In this document: positions 8,515-16,687 of the stretch, piece by piece | Numbering within the stretch: the first letter of the stretch is position 1 | Layout of the letters: every line of letters starts with the position of its first letter | Assembly (NCBI GenBank): GCA_016214895.1 | Contig: JACRMR010000002.1 | Location: forward strand, 1-64,000 | Source of the DNA: Candidatus Zhuqueibacterota bacterium | GTDB lineage: Bacteria > Electryoneota > RPQS01 | Length of the DNA stretch: 64,000 nucleotides | Direction of reading: 5' to 3' | Program-made: the position numbers and the translations under genes | Notes under the pieces: model-generated | The model's input: the letters and a program-made list of their open reading frames with translations, nothing else | Told to the model about the DNA's origin: nothing | Database searches by the model: none

Positions 8515-9484
8515 TCAGCTTCTGCTTCAACGTTTCAAACTCCGCCGCCGACAGCGCGCCGTTATCGAGCAGCGCCTTCAGCTGACCGAGCTTCTGCAAC
8601 GCAGCGTCCGCCGTCCCGCGCGCCGTCGGCGCCGCGGACAGCGCCGCCTGAATGTACTGCGGCAAGGCCGCGCCCATGCCGATCCCCGCGCCGAGGCCGA
8701 CGCCCGCGCCCGCGACGCCACCCGGGTTCTCCGCCGCGGTTTCGAGCGCCATCGCCGCCTTGAATTTCATGAATTCGTCCAGATTGCCGAGCGCCGCGAT
8801 GGCCGAACGCGTGTCAATTACGCTCTGCACATCGTCGGGCAGCGAAATCGCGTTGACATGAAAGTCGTGCAACAATAACCCCAGCCCGCGAAACTCCGTC
8901 AACAGACTCTCGCGAACCAGCAGCGCCAGCCGGTTGAACTGCATCGGCAGCTCGAACACGGTCTTCAACTCGCGGCCCAGAAATTCCGTCACCCGGCTGA
9001 CGATCAGATTGCGCAGATAGTTGGCGATCGTGTCGTCATAGTAAAGCCCTTCCGTGCCCACGACCTTATTCAGAAACAGCATCGGATCGCTGATCTGGAT
9101 TGAATAGATGCCGTGGGCGCGCAGCCGAACCATTTTTAGCTCGCTGTCCCGGAACACGATGGCCGCGGGGGTTCCCCATTTCAGATTGGGGAAAAGCTTC
9201 ATGTTGAGGAAGTAAACTTCGGAGCGAAACGGCGACTCGTCACCGTAGCCGAAGCTCGTCACCCATTTTCCGACCAGCGGAATGTTCGGCGTCTTCAGCA
9301 CGTGCCGCCCCGGAGGAAACACGTCCAGCGCGCGCCCATCGCGGAAGAACACGGCGACCTGACTCTCGCGGACCGTCAACTGCGCGCCCCACTTGATCTC
9401 GCACGTGCCGTCCTCGGGCACGCGCGCGACCATGGTCTTACCGCCGTCGTCGAGAAACTCGAGGACTTCCATGAGCTTCGGCAT
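8501..9484 (-). CDS. SPFH/band-7 domain protein with C-terminal SHOCT domain (YdjI-like), 327 aa
   Basis: SPFH-like core. Gly-rich linker (GVAGAGVGLGAGIGMGAA). C-terminal SHOCT-type motif LGQLKALLDNGALSAAEFETLKQKLI. The start overlaps the upstream gene's stop (TAATG). Confidence 0.75.
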   Translation of the reverse strand: MPKLMEVLEFLDDGGKTMVARVPEDGTCEIKWGAQLTVRESQVAVFFRDGRALDVFPPGRHVLKTPNIPLVGKWVTSFGYGDESPFRSEVYFLNMKLFPNLKWGTPAAIVFRDSELKMVRLRAHGIYSIQISDPMLFLNKVVGTEGLYYDDTIANYLRNLIVSRVTEFLGRELKTVFELPMQFNRLALLVRESLLTEFRGLGLLLHDFHVNAISLPDDVQSVIDTRSAIAALGNLDEFMKFKAAMALETAAENPGGVAGAGVGLGAGIGMGAALPQYIQAALSAAPTARGTADAALQKLGQLKALLDNGALSAAEFETLKQKLIDTI

Positions 9485-9948
9485 TATTTGAACTCCTGCA
9501 AGTAGTGACCGCGGGCGTCAACACAATGCTCGAGGCGGTGAATGACGGTCGTAAGGTCCTGCCAGGTCAGTTCGGCCACGCGCTCCGCCAGACGAATCGC
9601 GGACTCCAACAGCTCCAGATCGCGTCTCGTCAACTCTTCGAGTTCCGCCGTGCCGATGGTATCACAGGCCATCAACCCGCTCGCCCCGGCGGGGGCATGG
9701 TGCAGCCGCTCGCGGAGGGTCTGGATTCGCTGGCGGCAATTCTCGGCCATCTGCGCCCGGATCTCCTGATGGCGATCCAGTTCGAGCTGGAGGCGCTCCC
9801 GAACGATTTCCTCGCACTGTTCCAGTGCCGCGCAGACCCGGGCGCGAACCTGCGCGTCGGACTGCCGCCGTTCGTCGCGCTCCGCATAGCCCGTATAGCC
9901 GGGCATATAGCGCATCATTTTGTCGATTATGTTGGGATCTCGCTGCAT
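9484..9948 (-). CDS. hypothetical coiled-coil protein (155 aa), first gene of the SPFH operon
   Basis: Internal Met (MQRDPNIIDKMMRYMPGYTGY...) chosen. The ORF-track N-terminal extension to 10278 is Arg/Cys-rich, low-complexity and looks non-coding. The stop is coupled to the SPFH start. Confidence 0.5.
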   Translation of the reverse strand: MQRDPNIIDKMMRYMPGYTGYAERDERRQSDAQVRARVCAALEQCEEIVRERLQLELDRHQEIRAQMAENCRQRIQTLRERLHHAPAGASGLMACDTIGTAELEELTRRDLELLESAIRLAERVAELTWQDLTTVIHRLEHCVDARGHYLQEFK

Positions 9949-10705
9949 GGGCCGCTCCGCGCTGAAGAAATCATTCACGAGGCTATGTTCCAACGAATTT
10001 CGGCAAGAGATGTGCCAATTCAGCCGACCGGCGCCGGGGGGGAAGCGGGGCCTGCCGGAACGAGTACCGCCGTGAGGGCGCCCCAATTCCGGGCATTTGG
10101 GGAGGAGTCCGGCAGCCGGGTTCACAGAATGACCACTGGCCGAGGACCGTGCATGAATTCCCCGGCTTTTCACAGGATTCGCAGAATTGGCACGCCACCA
10201 TGCAGTGCAGGAGAAGTGGACCGACAATAATTCACACCTAAACACTGCATTGCACTGCGATACGCGCACGGTGTGCATTATGTGAGTGCATGCAACAAAA
10301 ACGTAAATACTTCTTTATCAATATATAAAGTCGTTGGCCTGCACATTGCGTAAGTAATCGTCGGAAGCTAATCGCTTCTCCCGGCCCTTCCGGGATGCTC
10401 GAACCGCCGGTCTCCTCGCGCGGCACACTCTCACCACCGTCGGTTGAGCACAAGAAACGGAACAAGGAGGGCCTCCAGCTAAGGCCAACCTGACACTGAG
10501 ATCTCCCCGGTGTTGCGGTTCACTCAGGTTGACGGCACGAGAAACCGGCACGGCATCCTGACCTGCGAGGCCTTCCTGACTTCCGATTGACCGATCGCCC
10601 ACATTCGCGGAGCTGCCCGGCGCATTATCTCGCCTACCTCAATGCGCTTCGGGAGTGGTGGCTGATTCAACCGCTTCGTCTCGCATCCGACCACTCCCAA
10701 CCAAA

Positions 10706-10733
10706 ACACCGGCGACCTGTCGGTGTTTTTTTT
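10706..10733 (+). terminator. intrinsic terminator (ACACCG-N9-CGGTGT + T8) with no protein-coding gene upstream
   Basis: 6-bp GC stem followed by 8 consecutive T. It lies inside the 1.1-kb non-coding gap 9949-11057. Confidence 0.55.
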
Positions 10734-10808
10734 ACCCCGTGGCCAGCGAACCGCCGGTCTTGCCGAACGGAGTGGGCCGAGACATCTCGACGTAAAGTGA
10801 GACGAGGG

Positions 10809-10837
10809 TTGACATTTGAGAGTTATTTGTTTATCTT
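10809..10837 (+). promoter_or_regulatory. sigma70-like promoter TTGACA-17-TATCTT upstream of icd
   Basis: Perfect -35 hexamer with 17-nt spacer, ~215 nt upstream of the icd start. Confidence 0.4.
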
Positions 10838-11057
10838 CAACCGCGCGTTAAGACGGGGTTATCCGGCACGGTTTCCAGACAGCGCGAGCGGGCTGCCGAA
10901 TTCCATATTAACCGGAGTTTGCACGCCGCGACCACGGATCTCGAAAGCCGCCGCCCGGCGGCAATCCTCCCGCCCTCCGCACCCCTTTTCTCTGTCTGGT
11001 CCCGCGACCGCGCCGCGCGCCGGTTGCCTGACCCTCCCAAATCCCGGTTGAATCCTT

Positions 11058-12308
11058 ATGGCGGCTTACCAGAAACTGACTCCCCCGACCGCGGGCCATG
11101 CGATCACCACGGCCGGAAATCGCTTGAATGTCCCCGACGACCCGATCATTCCGTTCATTGAAGGCGACGGCACCGGCCGCGATATCTGGAAAGCGAGTCG
11201 CCGGGTGTTCGACGCCGCGGTACAGAAGGCGTACAACGGAAAACGCCGCGTCGAATGGTTTGAAGTCTATGCCGGCGAGAAGGCGCTGGGAGTCTATGGC
11301 GAAAACGTCTGGCTGCCGGACGATACGCTCACCGCGATCAAAGCCTATATCGTGGCGATCAAAGGCCCGCTCACGACTCCGGTCGGCGGGGGGATCCGGT
11401 CGCTGAATGTCGCTCTGCGGCAAGTGCTTGATCTGTATGCCTGCGTGCGGCCCGTGCGCTGGTTCACCGGCGTCCCGGCTCCCGTCAAGCATCCGGAAAA
11501 GCTGAACGTGATTATCTTCCGCGAGAATACGGAAGATGTCTATGCGGGAATCGAGTGGAAATCCGGCACGCCGGAATGCAAGAAGGTGCTCGACTTCCTG
11601 AATAACGAGATGGGGAAGAACATCCGCGCCGACAGCGGGATCGGCATCAAGCCGATCTCCAAGGAAGGCACATACCGCATCGTCCGCAAAGCGATCAAGT
11701 GGGCGATCGCCAAGAAGTTATCGTCGGTTACGCTGGTGCACAAGGGCAACATCATGAAGTTCACCGAAGGCGCCTTCCGCGACTGGGGCTACCAGTGCGC
11801 GCGCGAAGAATTCGGTGAGCAGACGGTCAGCGAGCAGGAATTGTGGGATGCGCACGGCGGCAAACTGCCGGCCGGAAAGGTGCTGATTAAAGATCGCATC
11901 GCCGATTCGATGTTCCAGCAGATTCTGCTGCGGCCCGACGAATACGAAGTGCTCTGTACGCCGAATCTGAACGGCGACTATCTGTCCGATGCCTGCGCCG
12001 CGCAGGTCGGCGGCTTGGGACTGGCGCCGGGCGCGAATATCTCCGATTTCTACGCGGTGTTCGAAGCCACGCACGGTACGGCGCCGAAGTACGCGGACCA
12101 GGACATGATTAATCCCGGCAGCGTGATCCTGTCGGGGGTCATGATGTTCGAGTATCTGGGCTGGCCGGAAGTCGCAGATGCCATCGTGCGCGGGGTGGAC
12201 GGCGCGATCAAGAACAAGCGCGTCACCTACGACCTGCACCGGCAAATGGAGGGCGCGACCAAGCTCAAGACCTCCGAGTTCGCCGACGAGATTATCAAGA
12301 ATCTGTAA
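11058..12308 (+). CDS. icd: NADP-dependent isocitrate dehydrogenase (416 aa, prokaryotic homodimeric type)
   Basis: Full-length similarity pattern to E. coli-type Icd: same length, N-terminal ...[15 protein letters not shown]..., Icd-type phosphorylation-loop region, C-terminal ...[11 protein letters not shown]. Confidence 0.95.
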   Translation: MAAYQKLTPPTAGHAITTAGNRLNVPDDPIIPFIEGDGTGRDIWKASRRVFDAAVQKAYNGKRRVEWFEVYAGEKALGVYGENVWLPDDTLTAIKAYIVAIKGPLTTPVGGGIRSLNVALRQVLDLYACVRPVRWFTGVPAPVKHPEKLNVIIFRENTEDVYAGIEWKSGTPECKKVLDFLNNEMGKNIRADSGIGIKPISKEGTYRIVRKAIKWAIAKKLSSVTLVHKGNIMKFTEGAFRDWGYQCAREEFGEQTVSEQELWDAHGGKLPAGKVLIKDRIADSMFQQILLRPDEYEVLCTPNLNGDYLSDACAAQVGGLGLAPGANISDFYAVFEATHGTAPKYADQDMINPGSVILSGVMMFEYLGWPEVADAIVRGVDGAIKNKRVTYDLHRQMEGATKLKTSEFADEIIKNL

Positions 12309-12451
12309 GGCGCGGCTGACGGATTCCGGGCGGGTAACGCGCGTCGGCGAGGTGATGGTCGCGCACGCTGATCGCCGAGGAGGGACTGTGTCCCTGCCGG
12401 AATCAACCGCCCATCGCGTCCAGGTGACTTCCGCAATTCCGGCGGAGTATG

Positions 12452-12556
12452 GAGACCCCGCTCGGGGTTTGAAGTGAGACATCGGCCGTGCACTGGGGAG
12501 AATTCCCGACGGGGCACTTGGAGACAAGTGTCGCCAAGAGCATTCCGGGCGGATGA
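12452..12556 (-). repeat. dispersed copy, in inverted orientation, of the 2181-2450 repeat family, located in the icd 3' UTR
   Basis: The reverse complement gcgacacttgtctccaagtgccccgtcggga...gtgcacg...ccccgagcggggtc aligns with unit 2 (gcggcacttgtctccaagtgccccgctcggga...gtgcacg...ccgagcgggtc). The 20-nt core is identical and both hairpins are preserved. Confidence 0.65.
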
Positions 12557-12610
12557 TTGGTAGTGTGCGATTGAGACTTATGCGGTAACGCGCACGGCGG
12601 GAAAAGAAAA

Positions 12611-12647
12611 CCCCTCACGAGGTGAGGGGAGGCTGTTTTGTTTTTGA
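12611..12647 (+). terminator. rho-independent terminator of icd (CCCCTCAC-gag-GTGAGGGG + TGTTTTGTTTTTG)
   Basis: Perfect 8-bp GC stem followed by a U-rich tract. Confidence 0.75.
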
Positions 12648-12873
12648 TCGGTTGCGGACTCGTTGTCCCGCGCCTGATCGTCGTTTGTTTGCGCTACTTC
12701 GCAGACGGGAGATCTCTATCTCTCCGCTTTTTGTTACGCTGTTGCGGGCACTTTGGTTTCCGGTCCCCCGATAATTCACTTCACTCGGGTTCCTTACCTG
12801 TATAGACGTTGAAATGCTTTTCTTGTTGCAGGCTCCCCCACGTTTTTCGAGCCGCCACCGCGAGGACTTCATC

Positions 12874-15800
12874 ATGAATCGATGCCATTGGCTCCCCTTT
12901 GCACTACTCCTGTTGCTGCTCGTGAGCCTGCCGCTGGAACTGCTCGCCGGCCCCGGGAAGATTGCCGGTACCATTCTTGACGAAAACAAGGAGGGAGTGA
13001 TCGGCGCGGCCGTCATGATTGTGCAGACCAATCAGGGCAGCGTGGCGAATATTCAGGGCGACTATACCATCCTGAATGTCCAGCCCGGAAGTTACACGGT
13101 GCGGATCAGCTCCGTCGGCTACGGCACACAGGTGTTTAATGGCGTGACGGTCAGCGGCGACCTGACGACGACGTTGAACGCCACCCTGCGGGATGAGGCG
13201 ATTCAGGTCGAGGAGCAGGAGATCATCTATAAGGCGCCGACGGTCAAGGCCGACGTGCCGAACAAGGAGATCCGCTTTAATCAGGATGACTTCAAGTCGC
13301 GCGCCGTGACCAATATCAAGGATATGCTCACGAAGCAGCCGGGCTTCAAGGTTGACCAGGAAGGCGCGATTCACGTGCGCGGCGGTCGCGAACACGAGGT
13401 GCTGGTCGCCGTGGACGGCCAAGCCTACCGCGATCCGCTGGTCAACAGCTCGAAGCGACTGGTAAACTTCTCCGCGCTGAACGTGGAGGAAGTAGAAGTC
13501 CTGACCGGCGGCGACGCGCGCTACGGCGGTTTCCAGGCGGCGCTCATCAATGTGACCACACCGGAAGGCTCAATGAAGGACTACGCGGGGACCGCCGAGT
13601 GGCGAACCGACCGCGCGTTCCAGACCTACAGCTTCAACACCGACCAGTACGATTACTCCCTGTCGGGACCGGTGCCGTTTGCCGACAAATTGCTCGGCGC
13701 GAAGAAGCTGAGCTTCTTCGCCTCGGGCACGTCCAAGCTGACCAACACTTATACGCCATACAGCGTGCAGCGCGACGCCAACGATTACCTCGGCGTCGGC
13801 CTGGATGTCCCCGAACGGCAGTCCAATGACTACTCCGCGTTCCTCAAGCTGACCTACCGGCTGTCGGGAAACAAGAAGATGAACTTGTCCTACAACCGCG
13901 ATTACTCGCTGTGGGACATCTACCCGGACGGCGAAGCGGCTATCGGCGGCAATTACGGCTGGACCTATAAGTACAACGTCGCCAATCGCCCGTACGCGAA
14001 GAACACGCGGCAGTCCGTCAATCTGGCCTTCTCGCACAACATTTCGAAGAATACGTTCTACGAGATCACGGTCGGCAATTTCCGCACGACGACGCAAATC
14101 CGGCCGCGCGGCAAGAACCCGGACCAATTCACGCTCGCGGATGACGTCGAAGACCAGAGCGTGCTCGACGGAGCCACGGTCGGCGACACGGATAACAATG
14201 GCTTCCTCGACGGCTATATCGACGCCAACCGCAATGGACGCTATGATGGTACCGGTGAAGGTTACGAGGACATCAACCAGAACGGACAGTGGGACCGCGG
14301 CGAAGATTTCGTGGACCTGAACGGCAACGGACTTTACGATGCCGCGGAGCCGTGGATCGATCGCGCCAACCCGCAGGGGGTCAACAATCTCGGCGTGTTC
14401 GACGCGTGGGATCCGTTCGTTGACCTGAACGGGAACGGCCGCTGGGATCCGGCCGAACCGCAGCTGTCCGAGCAGGACTGGAACCAGAACGGCGCGTGGG
14501 ACGGCGAACGCTTCAACGATGCCAACGGCAACGGTCGCTATGACGGCGCCGGCGAGGGTTACGACGACAAGAACCGCAGCGGTGACATCGATCGCAAAGA
14601 TCTCTACGCCATGAGCCAGGACGACCCGGACGTTCCCGAACCTTACGTGGATGGCGACTACTGGCACGATACCGGAGAGCCGTTCATCGATGAGCCGAAC
14701 GCGTTCGGTTATTACAACGGACGCTGGGATGAGGGTGAGGTGTTCTTTGATCTCCCGTCGTCCTATAATGGCCCGTTCTCGCCGCGCTTCCAGGCGTCGT
14801 TGAACAACCGCTATGACGCGCCCAACGGAGCGTTTGACGAGTACGAATTGTGGACCTATCCGGCCGCGGAAGCTTATGGGTCCGATCCGCGCTTCCCCGT
14901 GCTATATACGTGGGAGGACGTGCGCTTCGGAATTCGCGAGTTCGGGGCGCAGTGGATCAACGCTCCTGTGGATCTCGTGACGGGGTACCCGGGGTACTTC
15001 CTGTATGATCCCGATCATTCCACCTGGACCAACGCGACGCTGGATGACCGGGATCGACCGATTGCGGATTTCCCCGATCGCGTGTGGAATTCAGCCGATG
15101 CGGGAACCGATTCCCGCCCCGGTCAGCTCGAAGCCTACGAAGACTACAACGGCAACGGCGTCGCGGATCGCTTCACGGACGGCTTCCTGAATCCGGGCTG
15201 GTGGGATGCCAACGCCTTCTGGCAGAACCGCGAAGCCACCGAGTGGGCCGGGAAGATGGACGTGACCAGCCAGGTCAACAAGTTCCACGAGTTGAAGTCG
15301 GGGATCGAGATGAAGTTCCGTGACCTGGACATGCAGTCGATCATCGGACCGGATCAGCCGTACGATAACCCCGATGTCCCGCTGCCGCCGGACGCGCCGT
15401 ATGCGGGCCGCGGAGCCAAGCGCGACTTCTATACCCAGCAGCCGACCGAAGGCTCGCTCTATTTTCAGGACAAGATGGAATTCGAGGGCATGATCGTGCG
15501 CGCGGGGCTGCGCAGCGACTTCATCGTACAATCCGATGAATTTCTGCAGGCCACGCAGGACCTGATCGATGCCGAACAGCCGGGCGCATTGCTGGCGAAA
15601 CGCGGCCGGTTCGTAGTCGCGCCCCGGCTCGGAATTTCGCACCCGATTTCCACCAAGTCCAAGCTGTATTTCAACTACGGCCACTACTATCAGGCGCCGT
15701 CGTTCGAGTACTTCTATCGCTCGGCAACCGTGAACATCGCGCCCAACACCGAAATCGGGAACCCGAATCTTGAGTACGAAAAGACGGTTTCCTACGAATT

Positions 15801-16578
15801 GGGCGTGAACACGGAGTTCACCGAGGATTGGGTGATCGACGTGGCCGGTTATTACCGTGACGTGTATAATCAGATCGGAACGGTGGAACAGCGCGTCGGA
15901 CCGGTCACGCTGAACCGCTACTTCAATCTCGGTTACGGTCGCGCCCGCGGGTTCGAATTTTCACTGTCGAAGAAGCTGTCCAATATGTGGGCACTCACGG
16001 CCAACTACGACTTCTCCTATGCTTACGGCAAGGAATCGGCGGCCACCGAGGGCCTCACGCAACGGCAGAACTCGCAGGTGGAAAACCGCGACGAGCATCC
16101 GCTGGGCTGGGATGAGACCCACCGCGTCTCGGCGTTCCTCACGTTGTTAATGGGCCAGAAGGACAAGAAGCATCTGTTCGGGCTGCGGCTGCCGTCCGAC
16201 TGGCTGGCGACGGCCGAGTATTCCTACGGCTCGGGCCTGCCCTACACACCGTCAACGTACACCACGGGCAAGAAGGCCAATCTGATTCTGGCCAACTCGG
16301 CCCGCTATCCGATGACGACCCGGACCGACCTGAAGGTTGACAAGTTCTGGACATTGAACCGGAATCTGAAGCTCACGACCGGCGTTGAAATCTATAATCT
16401 GTTCGACAAGAAGAACGTCCGCGAGCTGTACGCCGAAACGGGCAACGCCCACGACGCCTCGCATAAAGAGAATCAGGACGCGCGCGAAGACGACAATCTG
16501 GGCAAGGATGTCGATCACAATCCGCGCAACTACGGGTCGCCGCGCCAGATCATGCTGCACTTCCGGCTGGCCTTCTAA
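12874..16578 (+). CDS. SusC/RagA-like TonB-dependent outer-membrane receptor (CarboxypepD_reg + plug + barrel) with a ~200-aa insertion of thrombospondin-type-3-like calcium-binding repeats
   Basis: Signal peptide MNRCHWLPFALLLLLLVSLPLELLA. CarboxypepD_reg-like GKIAGTILDE...GSYTVRISSVGY. Plug motifs (IHVRGGREHEVLVAVDGQ, LTGGDARYGGFQAALINV). About nine DxNGNGxYD repeats. Terminal aromatic ...HFRLAF. Confidence 0.8.
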   Translation: MNRCHWLPFALLLLLLVSLPLELLAGPGKIAGTILDENKEGVIGAAVMIVQTNQGSVANIQGDYTILNVQPGSYTVRISSVGYGTQVFNGVTVSGDLTTTLNATLRDEAIQVEEQEIIYKAPTVKADVPNKEIRFNQDDFKSRAVTNIKDMLTKQPGFKVDQEGAIHVRGGREHEVLVAVDGQAYRDPLVNSSKRLVNFSALNVEEVEVLTGGDARYGGFQAALINVTTPEGSMKDYAGTAEWRTDRAFQTYSFNTDQYDYSLSGPVPFADKLLGAKKLSFFASGTSKLTNTYTPYSVQRDANDYLGVGLDVPERQSNDYSAFLKLTYRLSGNKKMNLSYNRDYSLWDIYPDGEAAIGGNYGWTYKYNVANRPYAKNTRQSVNLAFSHNISKNTFYEITVGNFRTTTQIRPRGKNPDQFTLADDVEDQSVLDGATVGDTDNNGFLDGYIDANRNGRYDGTGEGYEDINQNGQWDRGEDFVDLNGNGLYDAAEPWIDRANPQGVNNLGVFDAWDPFVDLNGNGRWDPAEPQLSEQDWNQNGAWDGERFNDANGNGRYDGAGEGYDDKNRSGDIDRKDLYAMSQDDPDVPEPYVDGDYWHDTGEPFIDEPNAFGYYNGRWDEGEVFFDLPSSYNGPFSPRFQASLNNRYDAPNGAFDEYELWTYPAAEAYGSDPRFPVLYTWEDVRFGIREFGAQWINAPVDLVTGYPGYFLYDPDHSTWTNATLDDRDRPIADFPDRVWNSADAGTDSRPGQLEAYEDYNGNGVADRFTDGFLNPGWWDANAFWQNREATEWAGKMDVTSQVNKFHELKSGIEMKFRDLDMQSIIGPDQPYDNPDVPLPPDAPYAGRGAKRDFYTQQPTEGSLYFQDKMEFEGMIVRAGLRSDFIVQSDEFLQATQDLIDAEQPGALLAKRGRFVVAPRLGISHPISTKSKLYFNYGHYYQAPSFEYFYRSATVNIAPNTEIGNPNLEYEKTVSYELGVNTEFTEDWVIDVAGYYRDVYNQIGTVEQRVGPVTLNRYFNLGYGRARGFEFSLSKKLSNMWALTANYDFSYAYGKESAATEGLTQRQNSQVENRDEHPLGWDETHRVSAFLTLLMGQKDKKHLFGLRLPSDWLATAEYSYGSGLPYTPSTYTTGKKANLILANSARYPMTTRTDLKVDKFWTLNRNLKLTTGVEIYNLFDKKNVRELYAETGNAHDASHKENQDAREDDNLGKDVDHNPRNYGSPRQIMLHFRLAF

Positions 16579-16687
16579 GCCCATGACAGCGCGCAGTGCA
16601 TCCCCCAATCAGGTACGCTTGCAAACCTGCAATTCACCCCAGTGCGGTCATCCGGCCGGCACTCACGGTCCCGATATCCGGAGTAGA

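Noticed and set aside
9949-10278. N-terminal extension of the 9484-10278 minus-strand ORF
   Set aside because: The extra 110 residues (MHTVRVSQCNAVFRCELLSVHFSC...) are Cys/Arg/Ser-rich low-complexity and run into the AT-rich promoter-like region. The internal Met gives a coherent coiled-coil protein coupled to the SPFH gene.
10380-10735. Assigning the candidate sRNA region to a known family (tmRNA, RNase P RNA, SRP RNA, 6S RNA)
   Set aside because: No tmRNA T-arm/tag reading frame, no RNase P P4 signature (AGGGTGAAA/GAAAGTCCGG), no SRP domain IV motif found by eye. 6S cannot be judged without folding. Left as unassigned.
10587-11051. Plus-strand 154-aa ORF in the gap before icd
   Set aside because: Contains the intrinsic terminator and the icd promoter inside it, and its translation is low-complexity. 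Treated as non-coding.
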